Below are positions 13,570 to 26,288 of a stretch of DNA of 64,000 nt, piece by piece (positions within the stretch are counted from its first letter, which is position 1; each line of letters starts with the position of its first letter). A program made the translations under genes and the position numbers. The notes under the pieces are model-generated. The model had not been told where the DNA came from. It did no database searches and saw nothing but the letters and a program-made list of their open reading frames with translations. Source of the DNA: Octopus sinensis (taxonomy: Eukaryota); NCBI RefSeq assembly GCF_006345805.1, contig NC_042998.1, positions 141,050,001 to 141,114,000 on the forward strand. The letters run 5' to 3'.

Positions 13570-13815
13570 GTGCGTGGCTTAGTGGTTAGGCTGTTGGGAC
13601 TCATGATCGTAAGATTGTGGTTTCAATTCCTTGACCGGGCTACGCGTTGTATTCTTGAGCAAACACTTCATTTCACGTTGCGCCAGTCCACTCAGTTGAC
13701 AAACGTGAGTAAACCTGCGACGGACTGGCGTCCTGTCCAGGTGAGGAATATATACGCCATGAAAACGGGAAACCGGCCCTTATGAGCCAGCATGACTTGA
13801 GAAAGTAACTTTACT
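13570..13815 (+). mobile_element. tRNA-derived SINE, family C
   Basis: TGGCTTAGTGGTTAG..GGTTTCAATTCC A/B boxes, CTTGAGCAAACACTT core, CTTTAC tail. Confidence 0.8.
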
Positions 13816-13890
13816 TTTTGCAACTCCTATGAGCTCTGCAAACTGGTCATAGCTGGAACATTTCTGATCATATTTACAGCCTGCTTGGAG
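13815..13890 (-). CDS. Weak exon candidate, phase 0-1 (LQAGCKYDQKCSSYDQFAELIGVAK)
   Basis: gtttag|CTCCAA...GCAAAAA|gtaaag; open frame and phase-compatible with 17216-17263 and 5855-5985, but the donor coincides with the SINE tail. Confidence 0.2.
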
Positions 13891-14183
13891 CTAAACAACC
13901 ACAATAACAACAGCCCTCAATACAGTCAGTCGAGTCAGCGATGAGATCTTCATATGGTCAGTGAACCCGCTAGAAACAGCAGTCAAATCTACTTCAACTC
14001 ACACCCTATCGTTTTAATAATGAAGGGCACATTTGACGATACAGTTCTTTCTCTCCCGCTCTCTCTCTCTCTCCCTCTCTCTAACAACATTGATTAAGCT
14101 TCGTGCAATGGCTATACTCGATAACGAGGGGGCAGCCACCATATATATATATATTATATATATATACATACACACACACACAC

Positions 14184-14238
<55 letters not shown>

Positions 14239-14788
14239 TATATATATATATTATATATATATATATATATTATATATATATATATACATGTGTGTGTGTG
14301 TGAGTGTGTGTCTGTGTCTGTGTGTGCGTGTGTGTGTTATGTGGGAAAGAGAATTTGAAAATGCAAAGGTCTTTTAAAGATCTTTATTGATGTGACCAGT
14401 TTCACTTTATTTAAAAAAAAAAAAGATTTTCAAAAGTGAAGTGCAAGGCTTTGTGTAGTCTTTGTGGTGTTAAAAATTAGTTAACATAGATGTATTAAAA
14501 TACGGTGATAGAATCTTTGACAATTATAAGAAAATGTTATGAGAGGCTTTGTGTTTAAACAGTTTACATAAAAGTGTTCAAAATAGGAAGTATTGTTTAT
14601 AAGTTCATCAGAAATCATAATTGTTAATAAGCATTTAAATACAGAAAGAATTTGTAGGCAGTATTTGATAGGGGAAAGCGTGTATTGCTTTGTCAAAAGT
14701 TCACCAGAAATTATTATTGTTTATAAGAATTTTAGAGGAATGGACAACCTTTTTTTTCATCTCCAGTTTTGTATGTATTACGTATGTA

Positions 14789-16063
14789 CGAGGGGCGTTC
14801 AATAAGTAATGCCCCTGACCCACTTCCCATAGCAGTAGAGCAACGAAACTTGGCACATTTATTAGTCTTTTTCTACATAAGAACCACCCAGAGTTTGATG
14901 CGGCTCTGGAGACCGTTTTTGTAGAAGAACCCAGCTTGGTCCTCCAACCTCAACGTGACTTCAGAAATCAAGGCTGCATCATCTGAGAAACGCTTTCCTT
15001 TCAAAGACAACTTCATGATTGGGAAGAGGTGAAAATCAGAGGGTACAAGGTCAGGAAAGTAGGGGGGATGGGGAGGAGTTCATAGCCATACGCCTGTGCT
15101 TCTGATCTGGCGACAAGCGAGTTGTGGACCGGAGCGTTGTCCTGCAGGAGGAGGATGCCTTTGCTGATCTTGCCCCGCCTCTTGATTTTGATAACTTCTC
15201 TTAATTTCCTCAAAAGTGAAGCATAATAGGCTCCTGCAATTGTGGTACCCTTTGCCAGGAAATCTGTCATCACTACTCCGTCCTGGTTCCAGAAGACTGT
15301 GAGCATGACCTTGCCAGCGGAGGGCTGCACCCTTGCCTTCTTTGGAGGGGGTGAGTCACGGTGCTTCCACTGTATTGACTGGGCTTTGGTCTCTGGATCA
15401 TCGTGATGGACCCAGGTTTCATCCTGTGTAATCAGTCTTTTGAAAAATTTTGACTCATCTTCTTGGCACATCTCCAAATTCACCCTCGAGCATTCGGCGC
15501 GTTCTTGCTTCTGGAAAGGCGTGAGCAACCTGGGAATCCATCTGGCAGACACCTTTTGCATATGCAAATGGTCATGAATGATAGTTTCCACAGACCAGGT
15601 ACTAATCTTGACCTCATGGGCTATTTGGCGAATAATTATGCGTCGATCTTTCAAAATGGCAGCCTCAACTTGACGGACAGATGCCTCATCAATGGCAGAA
15701 GGGGGCGACCAGATCTGGGAGCTGTTTCCACAGAGTTCCGACCATGTTTGAATTCACGATGCCAGCGTTTTAGAAGATCATATGATGGGGCATCATCACC
15801 ATAAGTTACTTTCATTTCATCAAAATTCTCCCGTGGTGTGCGTCCTTTCAAATACAAAAACCGGATCACTGCTCGATACTCAACAGGCTCCATTTCACAC
15901 TTGACTCGGTTCAAACACCTGTAAATCAGAAACCACAATTAATTCAGAGCTGTAATTTGCCACATACTCTATAGAGATATAAATGATTGCACATGCAAAA
16001 TTTCAAACAAAATTTCAAACAACTGCAAGTGGGTCAGAGGCATTACTTATTGAACGTTCCTCG
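14789..16063 (-). mobile_element. Full-length (1275 bp) mariner element
   Basis: TIRs CGAGGGGCGTTCAATAAGTAATGCC / GGCATTACTTATTGAACGTTCCTCG; TA TSD at 14787-88 and 16064-65. Confidence 0.95.
14880..15893 (-). pseudogene. Frameshifted mariner (DD34D-type) transposase
   Basis: MEPVEYRAVIRFLYLKG (HTH), APRSGRP, WIPRLLT, ITQDETWVHH, LLQDNAPVH; split between ORFs 15651-15938 and 15013-15654, with a further shift near the C-terminus. Confidence 0.92.
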
Positions 16064-16329
16064 TATAAATGCGTGTGCGTGCGTGTGTGTTTGTATGTGT
16101 GTGTGTGTATGTGTGTGTGTGTATGTGTGTGTGTGTATGTGTGTGTGTGTATGTGTGTGTGTGTATGTGTGTGTGTGTGTGTGAATTAGATCAATCCATC
16201 CATCTTATCCACTCACTATTCCTGGAAGGGTCGTGGGTTTAGTTTCCTCAGGCTCCTCCTCCATAGAGTCTTATAATTAACCATCGATAGACTTTCCAAC
16301 TGGATTCCCAAGCATTATCAACTGAGACT

Positions 16330-17150
16330 ATGGATATCAGCCAACCATATCAAACCGACTCTGGAACTGCTGATGTTTCAGTGATCGCACTTTCTTCGTA
16401 GGAATTTTATTTTCATTTTCGCTGTCAACATTGTTTTCTCCCTGGAACAAACTTCTGCAAATTTCAGAACGGAAATCAACCGAAGAACCCTTATCTCTGA
16501 GTTGGCGGTAAGTGACAAATGCATTGACAACAGTTAACGAGATCACCTGAAAAGCAATCCCGTGATATCATTTCCTGGTACGCATCGTGGTTCGATAAAG
16601 TAAGAGGAGCATATCAGTTTTATCTACCTAACCCATGTAACGGTTGTAGATTTCGACATTTGCAGGAAGGGATATTTTCCACTCATTGCAATTTTTGCGG
16701 TCAAATCGGTTGGCCTCTGATACAGTATCTTTATCGACAAAGTCAGGATGCGGCGCTTGTCATACCATCCACAAATAACAAGATTATCGTCTTTCTCAAC
16801 AAACTTACAGATGGATCCACGCCCCTCCTTTCTCATTGCTGATTTTATACGTATATCATAACCTCATAACCTATGAATTGTGAGTGTGACAAAAGCAAAA
16901 ATTCCTTGATGTCTAAGCTGAGTCATAACTTCAGGACTTGCAAATAGATTATCAAAGAGAATTTAATGCTTATCTTTTTCAAGACCTTTGTAAGGCGTAG
17001 CATCACATTATCGCCCACTCCAAACTCATACAGAAGTCGAACATTTTCAGGTGGCTCTTTTGCATCTTTTCCCCTGAGGACTTCAAAATCGGAAATGTAG
17101 CCTGATATTCCTGCACAACACCATATCTTGTAAAAGGAATTGAGATCGAA
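16330..17150 (-). pseudogene. Decayed piggyBac (PGBD-like) transposase
   Basis: KIWCCAGISGYISDFEV, DNLVICGWYDKRRILTLS, LTVVNAFVTYRQ fragments in several frames; ends not resolved. Confidence 0.8.
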
Positions 17151-17215
17151 AAAATATATCTTGCGGTAGAACATGTTGATGATAAAATATCTATGAAGAC
17201 TCAGAAATAACTTAC

Positions 17216-17263
17216 CTGTAAAGCTACATCGTCATTTATGTTCAATACATTCATTGAAACATC
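17216..17263 (-). CDS. Putative 48-nt phase 0-0 exon (DVSMNVLNINDDVALQ)
   Basis: tgtag|GATGTT...TTACAG|gtaagt: consensus donor, T-rich acceptor, only frame 0 open; could instead belong to the adjacent piggyBac remnant. Confidence 0.3.
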
Positions 17264-17782
17264 CTACACTTACAAACAAAAAATGTAAACATTGATGTTC
17301 TGTATTCCTTATTTTCTTGATGTACACTTTTCATGATAATCTACACCCAGATATCAAAGAACCAAAACAAGAGCCAAAAATATAAACTAGAAAGAACGAA
17401 CATATCTGAAGATAATCAAACAGAAAAAGATAACAACAGAAGCCTTCACTAGCCTATATTTTGAGGAAATACTGCTCAGCTGGCTGGAAACACTCCACAG
17501 CTATCCCAGTTAAGGCTGCCATCTTCAAACAATTTCACGAATATCCCACAATGCATTTTGGTTGTAAACATTAAACTTTGATGACTACTTAAAGTCAGCT
17601 AAAATTACGGCCTATATGGAACCTGTTGAAAAGCAACAGACATTTTAATTTTGAAACATAAGTGCAGACCAGGCCTTAAAGGATTAATAACTAAAAAAAA
17701 AAAGAATGAACGTATGCATTTGACACGGTTTTAGAGTGTACAACATTTATAATGTGTATACAAACATGGAAGGCACATATCC

Positions 17783-18110
17783 CAGTAGTTAGAGCGTCGG
17801 ACTCGCAATCATGAGGTAGTGAGTTCGATTCCCAGACCGGGCTGTACGTTGTGTTATGTTCTTGAGCAAGGCACTTTATTTTCACGTTCCTCCAATTCAT
17901 TCAGCTGCAGAAATGAGTTGCGACGTCACTGGTGCTAAGCTGTATCGGCCTTTGCCTTTCCCTTGGACAACGTCAGTGACGTGGAGAGGGGAGGCTGGTA
18001 TGCATGGGCGACAACTGGTCTTCCATAAACAACTTTGTTCGGATTTGTGCCTTTCTAGGTGCAATTCCATGGTCATTCACGACCTAAAGAGGTCTTTACC
18101 ATTTTTTACA
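17783..18110 (+). mobile_element. tRNA-derived SINE, family C
   Basis: GTTAGAGCGTCGGACTCGCAATCATGAGGTAGTGAGTTCGATTCC head; matches 42410-42760. Confidence 0.85.
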
Positions 18111-18368
18111 AACATGGAACAGTACCAAGAAGGCTGTCTTAAGGCGTAGGCACATCGGGCAGTTGCCCAGAAGCCCAAATCTGAACTATGTATGCTGTGC
18201 GTTGCAGTGAATAAATAAATACTATAGAACCAACTGCATTGGTTTGCCCAGGAACTTACAATGCTTCTCAGGCGGCTCTGAGCACCAGCTGCAATATGTC
18301 TCTGAGAGGCAACTCAAAGAGACTTATGTGTTAAAAACACATAGATTTACTCAGAACACCAGTGGATA

Positions 18369-18408
18369 GTAAGACAGTGTTTCGACATGATTTGGTCTCC
18401 TCAGTGAC
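18369..18408 (-). ncRNA. Minimal type I hammerhead ribozyme (canonical core)
   Basis: GTCA-CTGAGGA-GAC-caaatcat-GTC-GAAAC-ACT-GTC-TTAC; one mismatch in stem I. Confidence 0.65.
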
Positions 18409-18731
18409 GAATGCCCTGGATGTGAGATGGGCCGAAAATATTTGTTCTGATACAGAAAGCAATAACAAAACATATACAATATGTATATACAAATATGGAA
18501 CGGACCTAACTATAAAATTTAGTTTCAGAAAAACTTCTTAGAGAGAGACTTTTGTTAGCTAAAAACTTAGTTTCGCTTTTCTCTGCTTCAAGAGAATGTA
18601 TCATAATAACTAAAAGGCAAATAAAACTAAGTTCACTTGATAAAAGGAGATGCTCTCAAGAATCAAGAATTTTCCAGAACTGATATAACGTTTTGGAAAA
18701 AGACTGGTTTATTGTTTGAAGATAAAAGATA

Positions 18732-18776
18732 GTCGTGGATACGTGTTTCTGGCTCAATAGTCATCATCGGCATGAC
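18732..18776 (-). ncRNA. Variant type I hammerhead (U4C)
   Basis: GTCATG-CCGATGA-TGAC-tattga-GCCA-GAAAC-ACGT-ATC-CACGAC; stem I pairs 5 of 6. Confidence 0.45.
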
Positions 18777-19004
18777 AACTGTCCGATCTTATCTCCAGTA
18801 ACCAAGGAACTTATACAAACAAAAAGAGTAACACACATTTATGGCCCAAGGTAATTTGCATAAATTTATAACTCAGTGGCCAGTAGCATGTATTAGAACA
18901 ACATAGATAAATACAGGTATAACAAACAACATACAACATAAATTCTTAATATATTTACATATAAATACATTCACACACACACACACACACGTATATATAT
19001 ATAT

Positions 19005-19048
<44 letters not shown>

Positions 19049-19096
19049 GAGAGAGATACACACTCTCTCTATCTTTCTTACATACACACACACACA

Positions 19097-19303
19097 AGTG
19101 GGTGCCGAAAAGTTCCTGGTTTTAAGGGTGTCGCGAAAGACCTGGTAGGAGACCCAACCTTCCCAGTACTTTTACAGAGCTTAGAAAAACTGAAGAACCA
19201 CTGCAACAAGTGTGTGAATCTGAGAGGAGAATATCATAATTATAATTAACTGATCCTCCTGTATTTTCTTTAAACCTAAAGCCAGGAACTTTTCAGCACC
19301 CCT
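19097..19303. mobile_element. Short mariner-type MITE
   Basis: GTGCCGAAAAGTTCCTGGTTTT / AAAGCCAGGAACTTTTCAGCAC inverted ends. Confidence 0.7.
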
Positions 19304-19729
19304 GGATCTTTTCGGTTTGAACGGCAGTTTTTTCTAGCGGTGTCATATGAAATTGTCACCCATAATTATGACCCTAGTATCGATCTATTGCATTTCAATG
19401 TTTTAGGGTTAGGGTTAGTTAGGGTTAGGGGTGGGAGGAAGGGTATCTTTTTTTCTTCAGAAATGTAAATAAACCCAATCTGTTTCTTAAACGAGGGACA
19501 TATTCATAAGGCACAGAATGTTTTCACCTCAATAAGACGTCATTGGTTGGTTGAAATTGCAGAAATCGAAGAAAAAAAACAACAAATATCTTGCAAACTA
19601 TAGAAATTTCTCAATAAAGCCAAGAGAAAAAGATGTTTTATAAACGCACTCTACCAGTATACAAAGTTTAAAAGTGTTTAGTTACGTGGAAATTATTAAA
19701 AAAAACTGCCGTTCAAACCAAAATGATCC
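19304..19729. mobile_element. MITE with GGATC termini, 8-bp TSD and internal TTAGGG repeats
   Basis: TIR GGATCTTTTCGGTTTGAACGGCAGTTTTT / AAAAACTGCCGTTCAAACCAAAATGATCC; TSD GCACCCCT at 19296-19303 and 19730-19737; TTAGGG tract at ~19403-19430. Confidence 0.9.
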
Positions 19730-19740
19730 GCACCCCTTCA

Positions 19741-19791
<51 letters not shown>

Positions 19792-20157
19792 ATAATCTTT
19801 TAATTGTTTCAGTCATTAATTAGACTGCGGTCATGCTGGGGCACCGCCCTGAAGAATTATTAGTCGAATGAATCGACCCCCACCAAACCCAGTATTTAAT
19901 ATTTTTTAAAGCCTGGTACTTATTTTATCGGTCTCTTTTTCCGAACCGTTATGTATTTTCGCTGATGAATTATATAATATTCACATAATTTGTGATGTAA
20001 AGATGCATAGTAAACACCGAGTTGCACAAAGTAGCAACACAATATTTAGAGAAAAATTAAAAGGCGAAACAAGACCACTCTCTTACACACACACACACAC
20101 ACATACACACACACACGCGCACACACTCATACACACATACACACACACACACACACT

Positions 20158-20226
<69 letters not shown>

Positions 20227-20329
20227 ATTTGTAGATCAATCTGCAAGTATAGACACAAACCAACAGGCATATAATGTCCGGAACTTCACTACCGCTGTTA
20301 ATCGTAGCATCACCAAAACATCAACATTA

Positions 20330-20595
20330 TCGTCGCCGCCGCTGTCGCCACCAGTACCACCAGCACCACCACTACCATCACTACCATCACCACCATCACA
20401 ACAACAACAGCGACGGCAACAACATCAAAAAGCCGTAATTAGCAAATTCCCCACCCTTCATCATCAAGGCTCCGGTCATCACCAACTTTGTCTCTCCCCC
20501 CCAGCACCAGCACCACCACCACCACTGACAACAACAACCAGAACATAATTATCACCAAGATTACCACCACCGTCACTATCACCACACAAACAGAA

Positions 20596-20636
<41 letters not shown>

Positions 20637-20689
20637 CACCACTACTACTACTACTGCTGCTGCTGCTACTACTGCTGCTGCTGCTGCTG

Positions 20690-20778
<89 letters not shown>

Positions 20779-20784
20779 ACTACA

Positions 20785-20815
<31 letters not shown>

Positions 20816-22600
20816 GCACCACCACCACCACCACCACCATCACCACGATATCTCCACTGCCGCTAACGGGGAAAGTACCACCACCTGCATTGCAAACACC
20901 AACAACATCACAACCACCAGCAGCAAGAACAATACCAGCATCAACATTAATACCAGTATCGCCACCACGACCACCACGACCACCATTACCAGCATCACCA
21001 CCACCAACAACAACATCAGTATCAACACCGACATCACCACCGTCAAATCTACCACCACCACAACACCACCACCAACAACACCACCACCAACAACACCACC
21101 ACCAACAACACCACCACCACCAACACCACCACCAACAACACCACCAACAACAACACCACCACCACCAACACCACCACAACAACACCACCACCAACAACAC
21201 CACCACCAACAACACCACCAAGGGCAACACCACCAACAACAGCAACAACACCGCCAACACTATCAATGCCACAACATCAAAAACCATCATCTCCAAACTC
21301 TCCTTCACCACTACAAGACACCTAGCACCACCATAAATACTACCACCATAACCACTACTACCATAACCACAACCACCACCATTACCACCATAACCAAGAC
21401 TGCAATATACACCCACCACCAGTACCGCCTTCCACAACCACTACGAGCCGTCAAACCGACCAAACTTAAAATCCTCTTAGAAGAAGAAAAGTCATTAGCG
21501 GCTTTCTAAAAAAGAAACCAACTGTAACGATGTTGTGTTGAACTAAAAACATAGTTACCCAACTGAAGAACATTGTCTAAGGCCAGAAGATATCGCCTGC
21601 TTTCTTAGATTTAGCGGCTGACGTCTGCTGAACAGCAAGATACCCGATGGTTGCATAGTTTTCTGGAAAGTTTCGCATTAAAGCAAAGCAGAAAAAAAAA
21701 CAACAACCGTAACAAAAAGCAAAACAAAAAAAAATGAAAACCAAGCTATCGCACTGGGTGGCATGCAAAACCTTTGAAGTTAGCTATTCCTTCTATTTCT
21801 TTTTCTCCTTCTTTTTCTTCGTGTTTTTATTTTTGTTTTTTTTTTGTTTTATTTTGTATTTGTTTTGTTTTTAACAGTAAGGCCGTCGTTTTTGTTTTTG
21901 TTTTTGTTTTTGTTTTGAACTTGTGGCGTGGGTCGTGGTTTGTAAGATGCATTCTCAAATGTGGATTTATAGCAATATAACAGACTGACTAGAAACTGCA
22001 AAACATCAACATCAACCACAACAGCAATAATAACAATAACAATAACAATAACGAAAAAGTCATAACAACAAACAAACAGGAAAAAAAAAACCGACAGAAA
22101 ACAACTGAAACTGCAAAAGGAAATCATCAGCATCGCCATCATCATCATCGTCATAACTATCACCACCACTACCATCATCACCACCACCACCACCACCACC
22201 ACCACCACCACCACCACTACAACCACCACCACCACCGCCGCCACCACCACCACCACCTTCACCTTCACCATCACCACCACCGCCACCACCACCACCACCA
22301 CCACCACTATGACCATCATCATCATTATTACTACCATCATTATAATCAATATCATATCACTATCACCACCGCCGCCACCAGCATCACCATCATCGTCAAC
22401 AAACCCCGTGAATATCACTAACACCATTATCACCATTATCATAACCACTCCACCACCACCACCATGGTCGTCATCAACATCAACACCCGCTATACCACCA
22501 ATATCTCGTCATCATCATCCTCCTCATATCCACTACCACCACCATCACCACCACCGCTTTAATCATCATCATCACTTCCACCACCACCGTCACCACTATT

Positions 22601-22639
<39 letters not shown>

Positions 22640-22650
22640 GTCATCATCAC

Positions 22651-22698
<48 letters not shown>

Positions 22699-23220
22699 CA
22701 TCATCATCGTCATCGTCATCATCATCATCATCATCGTCATCATCATCATCATCATCGTCATTATCATCATCAACATCCCCCATTTCTACCACCACATCAT
22801 CATTTTCAACAATGCCCTCAACCTTACTCTTACATAATCAACAGTATCGTTATTATTCTCATCTGCGTCATTATAATCCTCATCGTCAACATTGGGTCAA
22901 TCATCATTAGTATCATAATCATCACTACCGTCAACATTACCACCACTAACATCATCATCACCATCACCATCATCATCATCATCATCATCATCATAACCCA
23001 CCACCCGCCATCACCACCACTTTGAACATCATCATCATCATCACCACCACCCACTACCCGCCACCGCCACCACTTTAAACATCATCATCATCATCATCAT
23101 CATTACCCACCACCCGTCACCGCCACCACTTTAAGCATCATCATCATCATCATCATTACCCACCACCCGTCACCGCCACCACTTTAAGCATCATCATCAT
23201 CATCATCATCATCCTAAAAA
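20330..23220. repeat. Compound trinucleotide low-complexity block (ACC/ACT/GCT/CAA/CAT)
   Basis: Direct reading; source of the long T/H/V-rich pseudo-ORFs. Confidence 0.9.
22995..23215 (+). repeat. Four-copy minisatellite, unit ACCCACCACCCGTCACCGCCACCACTTTAAG + (CAT)n
   Basis: Direct reading; unit length varies only by the CAT number. Confidence 0.85.
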
Positions 23221-23786
23221 GCAAAAAGAACAAGTAATACAGCAAAATATGGCAACAAGAGCACAATAATAACAAGAACAACAGCTGTAGCAACAACAAC
23301 ATCAGCACATGCAACATCAATAACAACAACAACAAACAACAGCAATTGTAGCAATTGCAACAAAAAAAAGTTTAAAAAATAAATACAAACAATAAAACAC
23401 TGCGCTTAGAATCATCACAAAAGACGCACAAGAGCGAATCAACAAACACAAGTTTTAAAAAATAATGAAAACAAAACAGCTACAGTAAACACGATGCCTC
23501 ATCTCATTTGATGTTTATGGCGCTAAACAACAACAACAACAGCAACAGCAACAGCAGCAACAACAACAGAAGCATTGAGTCTATGAACACTTTCCTTCGC
23601 CCGCATTCATTCAAGTCCAGCACAAATTATGCATGTAGATACATCCAAACCACAACAACATCGTCATCAATGTCATCTCTGTACATGCCGCCTTTTGCAT
23701 GGCATTTGACATGTGTTGATAATAATAGTAAAGGTCCCATTTCGATCTTCTCTATCTTTTCTGTGGCCACTGCAACAATCTAGAGC

Positions 23787-24152
23787 GGTGGTTCTCAAGC
23801 GGGTTCCTTATGGACTCTCAGAGTCCATATAAGATTTGGGGGCAGGGTAGGGAAGTGTCCACGCAACAGAATAGTAAATTGTCCACAATAGTAATTATGG
23901 GTCCCTGAAAAAACTTTTGCTTTAGATTTATATAATAGTGTGTATTGCAAAAAAAAAACCCAGCTAAGTTTCTTTCCCTAACGTTTTACATAGTTCAACC
24001 TACACAAGTTAATATGTGAAAAATAAAATGAGAATTTTGAAACAAGTTTCTACAAAACTAGCTTTCAAACATCGAATGGCAATGGGAGACTACCAGAATG
24101 AAATAGCAATCAAAGGGCTCCATAGATAAAAAAAAATGGCTAAGAAACCGTA
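23787..24152. mobile_element. hAT (Charlie-like) MITE
   Basis: CGGTGGTTCTCAAGC / GCTAAGAAACCG degenerate TIRs; splits a copy of a ~244-bp tandem unit. Confidence 0.55.
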
Positions 24153-25189
24153 TTCGAGATACAGGAATAGATTGAGCACTGGAGAAAATGCACCATTCTA
24201 TGAACGTTTTCCCTCGCCTCGCGTCATTCAAGTCCAGTTCAAATTATACAAATACTTATCCCCAAAATAATAGCTCAGTTAACAAAGTCATCTCTGTACA
24301 TGTCACTTACCTAATGACATATGACATACGTTCGTAATAACAGCAAATATCCCACTTCGGACTCGTCTATCTTACCTATGGCCACCACCGCAATCTACAG
24401 AAATACAGAAATAGATTGGACAGCGGAGAAAATGTACCATGTTCTACACTGCTTCATTGCTTCACTGCTCCACTGCACTTTAACGAAAACTTACTGCATA
24501 TTATCGGATGCAATGTGCAGTGGGAGACGCAACTTTGTTTGGAGGTACGGTATATCTGGAGACTGGAGCTATGTGACCTGTGGATCATCCTGATCCACTC
24601 ACAACAGATTAAATATGTACGTGACCATAGTTTTCTATTGGACCTGCCCAAGGTTACGGTACAGCAGCAACAACGACGAATGTGACATGCTAACGAATTA
24701 GTAATGTGATGTATCAGGATAGTTGTTGGAATAGAGATAACTATTTTGCATCGATGATGATTATGATGTTGATAACGACAGTGAGGAAGATGAATTGATG
24801 AGGAGAATGACAACGACGACGACGACGACCACAATCACGACCATGACGATGAAGATGATGACGAGATGCCGACTTCTACGACGATAACGTTGAGTCTGAT
24901 GACGATGATGACGATGACGATGATGGTGATAATGATGATGATAACGATCATGAAAATGATGATGACAACGACGACGACAACGATGGTGATGACGATAACT
25001 GATGTCGGTGTTGTAGAAGAGTAGAGTCGAATGAATTCAATCCTCAGTATATGTCTGGTATTAATGACACGATCGTAGTCAGAGCAATGACAACAACACA
25101 CAAGGTAAAACTGGTTGAGATACCCTTTCAGAAAGAACAGAAATGAAAATAAACTCAGTAAAAAAAATATATACTATTATACACAGTGT

Positions 25190-25850
25190 GTCCATAAAGT
25201 ATTTTTCCGATTTCTACAATCTATTGTATCTATTAAAATAGATATCTATTAACCAACTTCTTTGCAATGTTAAATAAATATAAGCGTATAAACAGCAAAG
25301 TTGGCGAGCATCTCAGGAAATCCACACGAAACAAGAGAACTGGAGAGAAACAGCCCAAAACATCAATGTTTGGTACAGTCTCATGTTTGATTGACTGATT
25401 GGCAGAAGAAACGATTTTGTTTGTTTACAGAAGAAACGGTTATTTCCAATATTTACCTTGATCTTTTACAAGAATTTGTTGCACTGCAGTTGCACCACTT
25501 GCAACCAACAAGACTGTGTGCCGCCCCACAGGGGATTGAGTGTTCGAGATTTTCTTAAAGAAACTTACCCAAACCGATAGATCACAAGAAGTGAGCCAGT
25601 TCCCTGGCTACCAAGATCACCAGATATAGCTCCTCTAAACTTCTTAATAGTCTACATTATAGACAAAGTCTATCGTACAAAAGTTCAAAAGCTGAATGAT
25701 CACGATGAAAAAAATACACCAAGCCATATTTAACATTGATGAGGGGATGCTCCAACACACATGATCAAAAATTGACCATCGTCTCGATGTGTTGCATGTA
25801 ACCAATGGAAATGGAAGATCAGAACACTTCCACGTGGATAGTCTGGTCGA
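25190..25850 (+). pseudogene. Highly decayed Tc1/mariner-superfamily element
   Basis: CAGTGTGTCCATAAAGT TIR-like start; RSPDIAPLNF..IIDKVYRTKV motif. Confidence 0.6.
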
Positions 25851-25916
25851 TACAGTGAGACAGTATGAATATATATATATATTGTTATAGGTCTGAGGAA
25901 AGACGTAGATGGAAGA

Positions 25917-25959
25917 GTCGCTGAAGAGGTCACAGATGTGTGACGAAAGATTTCCAGAC
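25917..25959 (+). ncRNA. Minimal type I hammerhead-like motif
   Basis: GTCG-CTGAAGA-G-GTCACA-gatg-TGTGAC-GAAA-GAT-TTC-CAGAC; perfect 6-bp stem II, weak stem III. Confidence 0.5.
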
Positions 25960-26031
25960 AATGGACATAAGATAAAATAAGAACAATAATAAACGAGTGA
26001 AGAGCGAATATACACACACACACACAAATAT

Positions 26032-26064
<33 letters not shown>

Positions 26065-26240
26065 TGTGTGTGTGTGTGTGTGCTTATTTAGCAAGGAAAA
26101 AAAACAGAAAACAAACGACCATTCCGAATTATAGCAAAACCTGTTCCAACTCACAATTTCTTACCAGAAATCTTGCAAAACAAACTTATAAACGTGCGTG
26201 TGTGTGTGTGTGTGTGGTGTGTGTGTGTGTGTGTGTGTGA

Positions 26241-26288
<48 letters not shown>

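Noticed and set aside
20439-21437. 332-aa minus ORF starting with a signal-peptide-like stretch and GYGG motifs (suckerin or keratin-associated look)
   Set aside because: It lies wholly in decayed (GGT/TGT)n repeats, all frames on both strands are similarly open, and the rest is poly-V/A/W/C. No splice or promoter support.
22309-23025. His/Pro-rich 238-aa ORF resembling cephalopod His-rich beak proteins
   Set aside because: Pure (CAT)/(CAC) repeat read-through with no modular His-Gly/Ala organisation.
22995-23215. Repeat-spacer pattern reminiscent of a CRISPR array
   Set aside because: The apparent spacers are just (CAT)n, the context is eukaryotic, and there are no cas genes.
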